Assembly: GCA_021463145.1 (NCBI GenBank)
Contig: JAJTWZ010000013.1
Coordinates: forward strand, 5,864-69,863
Source: Blastocatellia bacterium
Lineage (GTDB): Bacteria; Acidobacteriota; Blastocatellia; UBA7656; JADIYM01
DNA: 64,000 bases
Direction: 5' to 3'
The position numbers and the translations under genes were made by a program. The notes beneath the pieces are model-generated. The model saw only the letters and a program-made list of their open reading frames with translations, did not search any database and was not told the DNA's origin. Below, one piece after another: positions 8,988-18,276 of this stretch (its first letter is position 1; the number at the start of each line of letters is the position of its first letter).

Positions 8988-10576
8988 GTTTCGTCTCCCG
9001 GAGGAGGGGGGGCCGGATCAGAGTCAGTCTGCATCCGGCTGTTCGGTCTGAATACGACGACCGATCTGATGAAATCGAACTCGACGCGGAAAAACCGGAG
9101 CAGGTCGCTGCCGACGATGCCGCTTTGCTCGAAGCCCGCGGTCTCGTTCACGGGGTCAAGATCGAGCACTATCGCTCGAACGAAGTCATGGCCGCGCTCG
9201 CTGCCCGTCAGTTGAAGCCTGTCGAGCACCACGACGGGCACATTATCGGTGACACCGCCGGCCCCGACAACGCGAACCGCCACGCCCTTGTGCTGCTTGC
9301 TCTCCAGATTGTAGCGGCCGAAAGCCTTCGAAGAGACGACGGTAGAAGACGCCCCCGTATCGACTATGAAGTTGAGTGGCACCGGCGCGCCGATATCCGT
9401 GCTCACGCTCATCATCCCGCCGCTCGTCATTCGATACGGAACCTCGAAGTCGCCGGGGCCAAGTGGTACGGCAGGCTCGGATTGTGGGCGGAACTCGAGC
9501 ACGCCCTTCTCGTAGTCGACCGCGATCCGGAAATGCGACATGACGGAGAGTCCGATGTAGCCGTCGATCTTTCCCCGCGTCGTCGAGTCATGGATCTTTC
9601 GGATGTAGGTCGGAACGCTGTCCATCGCCATCTGGCCCATCTCGAGCCGATCGAGCACCCCATAAACGATTTCGAACCGGCCTGTGCCACTGACCCCTCG
9701 GGAAGTACCGCCTTCGGCCACACGCCGGAGCTTAAGCTTGCTGGCGACCTCCTCGGATACGACCACGAATCCGGCGCCGGAATCGATGACGAATCGGAAC
9801 GGTCCCTTGCCGTTGATCTTTACATCGACAGCCGGCAATCGGGAGTCGGTAAGCGATATTGGCACGTCGACGCTCTTCGCGCCGTGTACGGCGTAGAGGT
9901 TCCGGCCGTTGAGTCTTCGGTAGAGTGAAACGAGACCGCGAATTCGCGACCGGCGATCGCCGTCGAGATCGACCGCTACGTCGAGAAACCTCTCATATGC
10001 CTCTGCCGCTTCCTCATAGCGCTCCAGGCGGGACGCGCACTGCCCCTGAAGATAGAGAAAATCGGGCTCGCGAGGACTTCTGGCTACCGCTTCACGGGCT
10101 CGCCTCAGGCTCTCGGCAAGATTCCCGACATACAGATCGAGTTCGGCCTTGCCGGCAATCGCGAGCACCTCGTTGCGGTCCGTTCGTAACGCCGCTTCGA
10201 AAGACCCCAGAGCCTCTTGCAGGAATCCGACGCGCATCAACGCAACGCCGACAAGTGCGTTCGCGCGAGCATTGTCGGGCGTCTTCCTCAATACCTTCAC
10301 CGATTGCTGCACCGACGACCCGTACTTGCGCATTTTCAGGTATGCCCAGGCGAGCCCAAGCTGGGCCGGCACGGAGTCGGGGGCGCTGGTAACGGCCCGT
10401 TCCAGTCGCAGCACAGCGTCGTCATAGCGCCCACCGCGAAGGGCTTTCAAGCCGTTCTCGACATCCTCGGTTGGATCTACCGGAGTCGTCTGATTGTCAT
10501 TCGCCAGGACCGGAATTGCCGAGATCCACAGCGTAAACATTGCTGCGAGCACGAAGGGGGTACGTGTCAGTCGCAT
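8984..10576 (-). CDS. Exported TPR-repeat protein with two retropepsin-like aspartic protease domains
   Basis: Signal peptide MRLTRTPFVLAAMFTLWISAIPVLA and TPR-like repeats over residues ~40-200. Two aspartyl-protease-type motifs are present: FRFVIDSGAGFVVVS (Asp265, nt 9782-9784) and LNFIVDTGASSTVVS (Asp406, nt 9359-9361). Confidence 0.75.
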   Translation of the reverse strand: MRLTRTPFVLAAMFTLWISAIPVLANDNQTTPVDPTEDVENGLKALRGGRYDDAVLRLERAVTSAPDSVPAQLGLAWAYLKMRKYGSSVQQSVKVLRKTPDNARANALVGVALMRVGFLQEALGSFEAALRTDRNEVLAIAGKAELDLYVGNLAESLRRAREAVARSPREPDFLYLQGQCASRLERYEEAAEAYERFLDVAVDLDGDRRSRIRGLVSLYRRLNGRNLYAVHGAKSVDVPISLTDSRLPAVDVKINGKGPFRFVIDSGAGFVVVSEEVASKLKLRRVAEGGTSRGVSGTGRFEIVYGVLDRLEMGQMAMDSVPTYIRKIHDSTTRGKIDGYIGLSVMSHFRIAVDYEKGVLEFRPQSEPAVPLGPGDFEVPYRMTSGGMMSVSTDIGAPVPLNFIVDTGASSTVVSSKAFGRYNLESKQHKGVAVRVVGAGGVTDNVPVVVLDRLQLTGSERGHDFVRAIVLDLDPVNETAGFEQSGIVGSDLLRFFRVEFDFIRSVVVFRPNSRMQTDSDPAPPPPGDET

Positions 10577-10714
10577 TAGGCGCCTCCTGATTCAGGTGCC
10601 TGACGGGGTCGCGAATGGGTTGTTGTGCGCCAGGCGAACCGAATAACGTTCGAGTCCTGTTCACGCTTACAGTTCAATTACCCCCAATCGTATCGGCACG
10701 AACGGGGCGCGCCT

Positions 10715-11830
10715 TCAGCCTTCGATCGCGTCTTCCGACCGGCGGCCGAGAAAATGCTCCGGTGCGGCTTCGATACAGAGCTTGAAGTATGGCTCGGCAA
10801 CCTGATAGAGGCCGGTCATCTGGGCGCACGTTGCAAGCCCCCACAACGCTTCCAGGCTTTCGGCATCGATGCCAAGGGCGTGCTGATAGTGAACGCGCGC
10901 CTCCGAATAGCGGCCAAACTGTCTCATCATGTCGCCAAGCAGGCACTCGGATTCGGCAGCGAACCTGCTCGAAACACACTGTTTCGGTACTTGGGCGGCC
11001 GCCGCCAAGGCTTCCTTCTCGTTCGAGAAGTGCGCTTGAACAAGCGCGTGGCAAGCCGTCACTACCGAGCGAAGCCCAGGGTAGTGCGCGAGCACCAGCG
11101 CCTTTGTCAGAGCCTGGTCCGCCTCGACCGGTTCCGGCCGCTCCTGGTCCAGAAGAGCCCGCGCGAGTATCAGAAGGGTGAGCGCGAGCGAGTCTTCGTT
11201 CTTGAAACGATCCAGCAGACGGGTCGTCTCCGCGATCGCCTGCCGGAAGTTTCCACGCAGATACTGCAGCCGTGCGTGACCCAGCGCGACGTCGTCGGCA
11301 AGCTCGGCACTGTGTGTAGGATCGTACGCAGCAGCAAGCGAGCGCTCGGCCTCCTCGAACCGGAGTCTTGCAAGGGCAATATCGGCAATCGCCAGCTCAC
11401 GACGCCCCCTTCCTTCAGCCGAGCACGATGCCGGCGCGATCTGCCCCGCCGTTTCGTTCGCTCCATCGAAGTTCCCCGACAGCGCCTGAACTCGAACGAG
11501 TTCTACAAGTGCTTCAGAGCGCAGTTGCGGGCCTGGAGCGCGTTCCGCCGCTTCCCGGCAAACACGCTCGGCGGCATCGTAATCCTCCTCTCCCGCGAGC
11601 GATCGAGCGAGGCGCAATCGCAGTTCGAGGCACTCGACCGCATCGCCTTCAACCGAGAGGGCCGACACTGCCAGGTCCTTCGCGATATCGTAGCGTCCTT
11701 CGTCCAGTAGGCGGTCAATCTCGGGCGTCACCCCGTCTGGACGTGACCGCCGCGCGACCCACCAGGCAAGCGCGAGCCCGCAGAGCGCGACGGCGATGAC
11801 GATCGCGACTATGAAGACAATTCCGGACAT
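10715..11830 (-). CDS. Membrane-anchored TPR-repeat protein
   Basis: N-terminal TM helix (IVFIVAIVIAVALCGLALAWWV) followed by repeated Ala/Leu/Arg-rich TPR-like helices. Confidence 0.7.
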   Translation of the reverse strand: MSGIVFIVAIVIAVALCGLALAWWVARRSRPDGVTPEIDRLLDEGRYDIAKDLAVSALSVEGDAVECLELRLRLARSLAGEEDYDAAERVCREAAERAPGPQLRSEALVELVRVQALSGNFDGANETAGQIAPASCSAEGRGRRELAIADIALARLRFEEAERSLAAAYDPTHSAELADDVALGHARLQYLRGNFRQAIAETTRLLDRFKNEDSLALTLLILARALLDQERPEPVEADQALTKALVLAHYPGLRSVVTACHALVQAHFSNEKEALAAAAQVPKQCVSSRFAAESECLLGDMMRQFGRYSEARVHYQHALGIDAESLEALWGLATCAQMTGLYQVAEPYFKLCIEAAPEHFLGRRSEDAIEG

Positions 11831-11904
11831 GATTCAGTCTCGCTCGCCCCAGGCGGCAAAGATACGACTGCAGGAGTGCAAGCCTCCGATCAACCCGCCA
11901 CGAA

Positions 11905-12741
11905 TCAGCTGCCGAGCGTGAACCAGAACTTCGTTTGATCTACGCGCACCTCGTCGCCGGATGAGAGTTGATGGGTGCGCACCCTGACTCCGTTCACGAA
12001 CGTTCCGTTTCCACTGTTGAGATCGTTGACAACCCAGGCTCCATTCACGCATTGGAACTCGGCGTGGCTACGCGATGTTCCCGGCGTCGGTATAACGATC
12101 TCGCAATCCGGATGGCGGCCTACCCGCATTTGCACTCGTACGAGCTGAATCACCGAACCGTCGTGCGCCCGCAGCTTGGCCGGGACGATGTGGGCAGCAT
12201 GACCCACCGGAACGTTCGGAGCCGTTGCAAATGGATCGACGGTCGACATCGGAATCGAGCTGACGTTTGGCGTCGTCGTGTAGCTCTCGGGTCCAAGAGT
12301 GGAGGCAAGCGGATCCCCGGCAACGACCGGCGGTGCGTTCGAAATTCCGGGCTGCACCGGCGGGAAAGGATCGGCAGGTAGCGGCGCAGGCACCTCGGGT
12401 GCGAACCCGGCTGGCTCGGGTATCGGCGGAGACGGCTCGGGCGCCAGAGCCGGTGGCTCGGGCACCTCTGGCAGCGGCGGCTCCGAGAAGACCTCAGGCG
12501 GGGCGTCCTCGGCCGGCGCTGGCGAGCTCCACGCTGGCGCAGGTTCGACCGGCGAGCCAGACCAATCCTGATGCTGAGGAGCTGGCGGGGGAGCGCCGAA
12601 TGACTCAGGCCCACCTGGCGCCGGGAGCGCCGCAGCCTTCGATTTACTTTTCCTGACGACGAAGAAAATTAGTCCGCCGCCAATGACCAACAGAAGGATT
12701 ACGAAGGCGGCAACGATCAGGGCAATTCCTGTCATGCTCAT
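11905..12741 (-). CDS. Membrane-anchored FHA-domain protein with a Pro-rich linker
   Basis: N-terminal TM helix, a ~150-aa Pro-rich spacer, and a C-terminal FHA signature RVGRHPDCEIVIPTPGTSRSHAEF ... DLNSGNGTFVNG. Confidence 0.8.
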   Translation of the reverse strand: MSMTGIALIVAAFVILLLVIGGGLIFFVVRKSKSKAAALPAPGGPESFGAPPPAPQHQDWSGSPVEPAPAWSSPAPAEDAPPEVFSEPPLPEVPEPPALAPEPSPPIPEPAGFAPEVPAPLPADPFPPVQPGISNAPPVVAGDPLASTLGPESYTTTPNVSSIPMSTVDPFATAPNVPVGHAAHIVPAKLRAHDGSVIQLVRVQMRVGRHPDCEIVIPTPGTSRSHAEFQCVNGAWVVNDLNSGNGTFVNGVRVRTHQLSSGDEVRVDQTKFWFTLGS

Positions 12742-12939
12742 AGGCGATTCGCTTCCACGGGTCCGCTATCAAAAACGGAAATTGATCGCAGGAACGTTGT
12801 GGTGATACCACAGAGACGACTCCTATGTCGATCCCCGGCAATTGCTTAGCGTCACGAGGCCCGGACGAATTGCAGTGCCCAGGCGGATCGTGGTAAAGCT
12901 CCAGACGTCGGATCCGGCCGGGAGAACCCTGGACATTCC

Positions 12940-13446
12940 ATGAAAGTTGCGGTGGTTTCGAGTTGCGTCGTCGCGTTGCTTGCCCTTTGCTTGCCAGAGG
13001 GAGCGCGCGGCGCTTGCGTACTTGCGGCCGGCCAGGATGGGCCGGCAATGCTCGACGCGAAGCTCGAGTACCGTATGCGAGTCGCCCGCGCCGACGCCGA
13101 GCACGAAAAGCTTCACGACGCCGCGGACGAGATCGCCAGTTTGTGTGAATCCCTTTCGGAGCGAGTGAAGCGAGGCGAGCTGCTGACGGCTTCGGACGCC
13201 AAGCTGCTCGATCGGGTCAAGCGTCTCGCCAGGAAGATCCGGGCCGATCTCGGCGGGGGCGGCGAGGTCGTTCTCGAAGAGAAACCAACGAGCGTCCGTG
13301 ACGCAGTCCTGGCCCTAGGGGCGCGCGGTGCCGAGTTCGCCGATGTGTTTTCGCGATCCTCGCGATTCGTCGTCGATGCGCGAGTCATTACTCTGGCCGG
13401 TGAGATCCTGGTGCTCGTCGACATTCTCAAACCCCACGCACGATGA
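12940..13446 (+). CDS. Exported hypothetical protein
   Basis: Signal-like N-terminus MKVAVVSSCVVALLALCL and a helical, charged body. ATGA overlap with the VWA gene. Confidence 0.5.
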   Translation: MKVAVVSSCVVALLALCLPEGARGACVLAAGQDGPAMLDAKLEYRMRVARADAEHEKLHDAADEIASLCESLSERVKRGELLTASDAKLLDRVKRLARKIRADLGGGGEVVLEEKPTSVRDAVLALGARGAEFADVFSRSSRFVVDARVITLAGEILVLVDILKPHAR

Positions 13447-14384
13447 GCAGCATTCCTGGAGTTGCAACCCGGTTTTTCGCAGCATCGCTTCTCTGCCTGT
13501 TTTTCACTGGATTTACGCGGACCGGCGCGGCCGCTCAGGATCCGGATGAGCCCGCCGTCGTTCTCAACACCGAAGTAGTCCTCGTCAACGTTGCGGCAAC
13601 CCGTAGCGATGGCTTCGCAACCGGTTTGACGATCGCCGACTTCGCCATCACCGAAAACGGCACCCCGCAGACGATCGAGTACTTCGGGGCCGAGACGACT
13701 CCGTTCGCTGCCGTGGTACTCCTCGACGTGAGCGGAAGCATGGCCTTCAAGTTCCGGCTGGCCCGCGTAGCCGCAGCACGCTTCATGGACCGTGCCCGGC
13801 CGGAGGACCGTGTCTGTGTCGTCCTTTTCGGCTCCGATGTCCGCCGGGTTCAGGATTTCACGCCGGGCAGACGCGACCTGGATGACGGTCTGTGGGACGA
13901 AAGCCCGAAGGGCATCACCAGGATGTACGACGGCATCGTCGAGGCTTCGAAGTACCTCGCGGCGCGACCCGAACAGCGTCGAGCTATATTGCTTCTCAGC
14001 GATGGCGCCGACTACGGCAGCCGCCTAGGCTACGACGACGCTATCGACGCGGCGAATGCGGCAGGTGTGACGGTGTTCGGAATCGACCTGGCGCCGATAA
14101 GTGCCGAGCCATCCATGTCGAGGATGGAGGAGCATCGGGCTCGCGGCGTCCTGACTGGCCTTGCCAACAAGACCGGCGGTCGATTCTTCGGCACGAAGTC
14201 CACGGGATCTGGCCTCAACGAGGCCTTTGAGCAGATCGTCGACGAGCTTGGGCACCAGTACACGCTCGGATATTCGCCTACGAACCTGAAACGCGACGGC
14301 ACCTGGCGCGCTATCGCGGTGACGAGTCCGCGGCCAGGGCTGAAACTGCGTGCTCGAAGCGGCTACCGCGCGCCATCGCAATAG
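13443..14384 (+). CDS. VWA-domain protein (acidobacterial VWFA-related type)
   Basis: Signal peptide, then an N-terminal beta domain (VVLVNVAATRSDGFATGLTIADFAITENGTPQTIEYF), then VWA with MIDAS-like VVLLDVSGSM. This architecture is as I remember TIGR03436. Confidence 0.8.
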   Translation: MSSIPGVATRFFAASLLCLFFTGFTRTGAAAQDPDEPAVVLNTEVVLVNVAATRSDGFATGLTIADFAITENGTPQTIEYFGAETTPFAAVVLLDVSGSMAFKFRLARVAAARFMDRARPEDRVCVVLFGSDVRRVQDFTPGRRDLDDGLWDESPKGITRMYDGIVEASKYLAARPEQRRAILLLSDGADYGSRLGYDDAIDAANAAGVTVFGIDLAPISAEPSMSRMEEHRARGVLTGLANKTGGRFFGTKSTGSGLNEAFEQIVDELGHQYTLGYSPTNLKRDGTWRAIAVTSPRPGLKLRARSGYRAPSQ

Positions 14385-14406
14385 CCGCCAACCCAGGACC
14401 GATCGA

Positions 14407-15570
14407 TCAGACGTCCGACTGTGGACCGAGTTGACCGGTCGTGACGGAAGCGCCCGCGGCTTCCGAGAGCCCGGCCTGGAAGTGCTCGCCGTACTCTTCC
14501 GCAAGCGGGCCGACGAGCGCACCCCCTGCTTCCTTCGCGTAGATCATCTTTCCGGTCTCGGGATCCCGATCCACTATGACGAGGTCTCCGGTCTCGACCT
14601 GGTCGGTGGCCACGAGATTCGATAGCGCGTAGACGAGGAAACGCTCGATCGCGCGCTTCAGGTGGCGTGCTCCGTACTTGAAGTCGATGCCCTCGTCGAG
14701 CAGCAACTGCTTGGCCGAATCCGAGCACTGAAATACGAACTTGGCGCCTGCCGACTGCATTATCCGCTTCTGCACCTGGCCAAGCTCGAGGTCGAGAATA
14801 GCGCGCAGATGCGCCTCGCGCAGCGACCGGAACACGACGACCTTGTCGATCCGATTCATGAACTCCGGCGAGAACTTTCGCCGAGCCGCCTCGAGAGCCG
14901 TGCGATAGATCTTCTGGTCTACGTCGCTTTCGCCGAGCGCACCACCGGCCGCCGGGGCAAATCCGATCGATCCGGTGATCAACTCGCTCATTTCCTTCGC
15001 CCCGAGGTTCGAGGTCATGAAGATGAGCGTGCGAGAGAAATCGACCTTTCGATTGTCTCCAAGAGTCAGTGTCGCCTTGTCCAGAATGCCGAGCAGCAAC
15101 TGCCACAGCGCGTCCGACGCTTTCTCGATCTCGTCGAACAGGATGAACGTAAGGCGATCCTGCTCGGTGTGATATCGATCCAGATTCTCCTGTGTGAGCA
15201 TCGGCGACGTTTCGCGATGACCGAGATATCCAGGAGGGGAACCGATGAGCTTCGCGATTTCGTGCGAATGCTGGAACTCGGCGCAGTCGATTTTCACGAC
15301 AGCGTTCGTGTCGCCAAACAAGACTTCAGCCCCGGCCTCGACGACTCGCGTCTTTCCCGACCCAGTCGGGCCAAGGAAGAGGAACGTGCCGATGGGACGA
15401 CCGGGATTCTGCATCCCGGCAAGGTAGATCTGATAGAGCCCCGAGATCCGGCGAACCGCACGTTCCTGACCGACGATTCGATGCGAAAGGCGCTCTTCGA
15501 ACTCCTGGGCTCGGGCGCTCTTTCGGTCCGGATCGAGAAGAATGCGCTTACGATCGTTCGCTTGTGCCAC
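14407..15570 (-). CDS. Stand-alone Clp/Hsp100 D2-type AAA+ ATPase
   Basis: IVGQERAVRRIS, Walker A GPTGSGKT, pore-loop-like GSPPGYLGH, Walker B ILFDEIEKA, sensor-1 FMTSN, PEFMNRIDKVVVF and sensor-2 GARHLKR. There is no N-domain, D1 ring or middle domain. Confidence 0.8.
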   Translation of the reverse strand: MAQANDRKRILLDPDRKSARAQEFEERLSHRIVGQERAVRRISGLYQIYLAGMQNPGRPIGTFLFLGPTGSGKTRVVEAGAEVLFGDTNAVVKIDCAEFQHSHEIAKLIGSPPGYLGHRETSPMLTQENLDRYHTEQDRLTFILFDEIEKASDALWQLLLGILDKATLTLGDNRKVDFSRTLIFMTSNLGAKEMSELITGSIGFAPAAGGALGESDVDQKIYRTALEAARRKFSPEFMNRIDKVVVFRSLREAHLRAILDLELGQVQKRIMQSAGAKFVFQCSDSAKQLLLDEGIDFKYGARHLKRAIERFLVYALSNLVATDQVETGDLVIVDRDPETGKMIYAKEAGGALVGPLAEEYGEHFQAGLSEAAGASVTTGQLGPQSDV

Positions 15571-15814
15571 GGTGATTCTCCTCCCTGGCGAGCCTGCTGC
15601 CCCGCCGCGTCGTGCTCACTCGCCGTCTGATGACGGCGTCGGCGAGCGCGTTGGACAGCGGAGGCCAAATCCCCGCATCGCGCTCATGAGGAACTACGGA
15701 TCAGAAGCAACATTCGGCCTCGTCGAAAGGCTGCCACTTTCTAGTGCACGGTCCGGGGCTTGTCAAGCGAGCGGTCATGCACTCGGCGACGAACCGTCGC
15801 CGAACGCACATCCG

Positions 15815-15861
15815 GGCAGCAGAAGGCGCGCGGCGACCTCCCATTGAGATCGCCGCGCGCC
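15815..15861 (-). terminator. Candidate intrinsic terminator after rplS
   Basis: Perfect 12-bp GC stem (15825-15836 pairs with 15850-15861), followed on the minus strand by TTCTGCTGCC. It lies 31 nt downstream of the rplS stop. Confidence 0.45.
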
Positions 15862-15892
15862 CTGGATCCCGACCGCGAATTCGCGGACGCGA

Positions 15893-16282
15893 CTACTCGG
15901 CCGCTGCCTTCGCCGCCTTCTTGTTCTTGTCGAGCCGCGTATCGCGCTCGCGGATGCGCGCCGCCTTACCGCGCAGGTTGCGCAGGTAGTAGAGCTTCGC
16001 CCGGCGGACGCGGCCACGCTTCACGACGTCGATGTGGTCGACGATCGTCGCGTGCAGCGGGAAGATGCGCTCGACGCCGATACCGAAGCTCGTCTTCCGG
16101 ACCGTGATCGTCTCGCGTATGCCGCCGTGCTTTCGCGCGATCACCACACCTTCGAACGCCTGGAGACGTTCCTTGTCGCCTTCCTTGATGCGAACGTGCA
16201 CGCGGATCGTGTCACCCGGATCGAAGGATGGAATGCCGGAACGGAGTCCCGCGTTTTCAATGCTCTGCATGATCGTATTCAT
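15893..16282 (-). CDS. rplS: 50S ribosomal protein L19
   Basis: [46 protein letters not shown] ... [15 protein letters not shown]. Confidence 0.95.
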   Translation of the reverse strand: MNTIMQSIENAGLRSGIPSFDPGDTIRVHVRIKEGDKERLQAFEGVVIARKHGGIRETITVRKTSFGIGVERIFPLHATIVDHIDVVKRGRVRRAKLYYLRNLRGKAARIRERDTRLDKNKKAAKAAAE

Positions 16283-16294
16283 TGTCTGTTCACC

Positions 16295-17041
16295 TTACTT
16301 CGCCGTCGCTTTCAATTCTTCGAGAAATCGTTTGTCGTCTTCGCCGAGGTCCACACCCTCGAGGAGGTCGGGACGCCGCTGCCACGTTCTCGCAAGCGCC
16401 TGCCGGCGCCGCCAGGTCGCGATCTCGGCGTGATTTCCACCGAGCAACACGTCCGGGACCGCAATACCGCGAAATTCCGCCGGCCGTGTGTAATGTGGAC
16501 AATCGAGCAGGCCACCGTGTCCCGAGAACGAATCCTCCGATGCGGAGTGTTCGCAGCCAAGCGATCCGGGCAGCAACCTCACGACGGCGTCGACGACGAC
16601 GCACGCGGCGAGTTCGCCACCCGAGAGCACCACGTCCCCGATCGAGAGCTCCTCGTCGACGACCGCCGTTACAACACGTTCGTCCACACCCTCGTATCGT
16701 CCGCACAACAGAACGACCTGGTCGAATGAGGCGAGGCGCTCTGCCTCGCGTTGATCAAAGAGCCTGCCCTGCGGCGTCGTCAGGACGACTACCGCACGCC
16801 CCCGCTCGGGGGGCAACCGGAGCGACTCGACAGCAGCGACGAGTGGCTCGGGTTTGAGCACCATGCCGGCGCCGCCGCCGAATGGCCGGTCATCGACGAC
16901 GTGGTGGCGGTCCGACGTCCAGGAACGGAGGTCGTGCACGCCGACGCCGACGATGCCCGCGTCCTTCGCGCGACGGATAATCCCGTGCTCGAACGGACCC
17001 GAAAAAAACTCTGGAAAGATCGTGACGATGTCGAATCGCAT
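16295..17041 (-). CDS. trmD: tRNA (guanine37-N1)-methyltransferase
   Basis: [13 protein letters not shown] ... [12 protein letters not shown] ... [13 protein letters not shown] ... [15 protein letters not shown] prefer the internal ATG at 17041 (MRFDIV) over the listed 17071. Confidence 0.9.
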   Translation of the reverse strand: MRFDIVTIFPEFFSGPFEHGIIRRAKDAGIVGVGVHDLRSWTSDRHHVVDDRPFGGGAGMVLKPEPLVAAVESLRLPPERGRAVVVLTTPQGRLFDQREAERLASFDQVVLLCGRYEGVDERVVTAVVDEELSIGDVVLSGGELAACVVVDAVVRLLPGSLGCEHSASEDSFSGHGGLLDCPHYTRPAEFRGIAVPDVLLGGNHAEIATWRRRQALARTWQRRPDLLEGVDLGEDDKRFLEELKATAK

Positions 17042-17074
17042 GCGCGTGGACGGCACCGGTGGCCGAACCACCGG

Positions 17075-17620
17075 CTAGAGATCCAACAGTCCTTCAGGAG
17101 GATCGATTACGATGCGCCGCGCATCGACGTCGACCTCAATGCAAATCGCTTCCACGAACGGGACGAGGGCTTCGGCCCGGCCCTCCCGCGCGATCGAGAG
17201 AAGCTCCCCCGCGCCGGTGTGCAGGATGCTCCCGACCGTCCCGACGGCACTTCCGTCGGTCAATTCCACAGAACATCCCACGAGATCGAACTCGTAGAAG
17301 ACGTCCTCTTCCTGGATGGCAAAGACCTCGGACTCGGGAATCACGACGTCCGCGCCGGCGAGCGGCAACGCGTCGTTCATAGTCTCGACCCCTTCAAACT
17401 TGAGCAGTACGCGTCCCTTGTGAAAACGGAAGCGCTCGAGAACCGCCTCGCGGCTCGTCGCGCCACGGCGCAGCGTCACGCCGGACAGTTCGTCGAAGCG
17501 CTCGGGAAAGTCCGTAAGGATCTCTGCCGTCACTTCGCCGCGGATGCCCCACGCGCGCGTGATGTGCGCGACGACCACTCCCGTGTTCACGTTTTCAGCC
17601 AATGCCATTACCGAGCTCAT
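17075..17620 (-). CDS. rimM: 16S rRNA processing protein RimM
   Basis: Position in the conserved ffh-rpsP-rimM-trmD-rplS cluster, with RimM-like GIRGEV ... FYEFDLVGC ... GAGELL motifs. Confidence 0.85.
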   Translation of the reverse strand: MSSVMALAENVNTGVVVAHITRAWGIRGEVTAEILTDFPERFDELSGVTLRRGATSREAVLERFRFHKGRVLLKFEGVETMNDALPLAGADVVIPESEVFAIQEEDVFYEFDLVGCSVELTDGSAVGTVGSILHTGAGELLSIAREGRAEALVPFVEAICIEVDVDARRIVIDPPEGLLDL

Positions 17621-17865
17621 TCGAGAATCTCGAGGACGAAGCGCTTCTTCAACTTCATACCGGCCGCGCCGAGGATCGTCCGGACAGCGCGCGCCGTTCT
17701 TCCCTGCTTTCCAATCACCTTGCCGAGATCAGCCGGCGACACCCGCAACTCGAGCACCGTGGTCTGTTGTCCCTCGACCTCGGTGACCGTCACTTCGTCA
17801 GGAAAATCGACCAGGGCCTTCGCGACGATCTCGACCAGTTCTCGCATTGATCCGCCATCTTCCAT
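17617..17865 (-). CDS. KH-domain RNA-binding protein (YlqC/UPF0109)
   Basis: [16 protein letters not shown] ... [20 protein letters not shown] contains the GxxG KH motif. Conserved position between rpsP and rimM. GAGG lies 7 nt upstream of the ATG. Confidence 0.85.
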   Translation of the reverse strand: MEDGGSMRELVEIVAKALVDFPDEVTVTEVEGQQTTVLELRVSPADLGKVIGKQGRTARAVRTILGAAGMKLKKRFVLEILE

Positions 17866-18006
17866 GGGCCACCTCTCAGTCGTCGAGCATCCTCAGATCC
17901 GGTTGAACACGAGCGAAATCCGCGGTCCGGACGACCCGCGGCAATTGGCGAACCCTGCCCCGCCGAAACGCCGATCGTGCGATGCGGCGCCCCGCCGGCG
18001 TCGATC

Positions 18007-18258
18007 CTAGGTCGCGGCCGCCGCGCGGCGTTGCGTCCGAAGACAACGGCGAACGGAATCCGTAGGCTGGGCTCCCATCTTCACCCAGTGGTCATACCGT
18101 TCCTCGTCGATCTTGATCACGGGCGGAGCCGCGATCGGATCGTAATGTCCGACAATCTCGACGAAGCGGCCGTCGCGCTTGGCGTCGCGCTCGGTCACCA
18201 CGATGCGGTAGAACGGGCGCTTCTTCGCACCCAGTCGCGTCAATCGAATCGAAAGCAA
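18007..18258 (-). CDS. rpsP: 30S ribosomal protein S16
   Basis: MLSIRLTRLGAKKRPFYRIVVTERDAKRDGRFVEIVGHYDP. Confidence 0.95.
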   Translation of the reverse strand: MLSIRLTRLGAKKRPFYRIVVTERDAKRDGRFVEIVGHYDPIAAPPVIKIDEERYDHWVKMGAQPTDSVRRCLRTQRRAAAAT

Positions 18259-18276
18259 GCCATCACCTCCAGGAGC

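Noticed and set aside
10625-11710. 361-aa plus-strand ORF
   Set aside because: It is antisense to the TPR gene 10715..11830. It is Arg-rich with no motifs, whereas the minus frame has a TM anchor and TPR periodicity.
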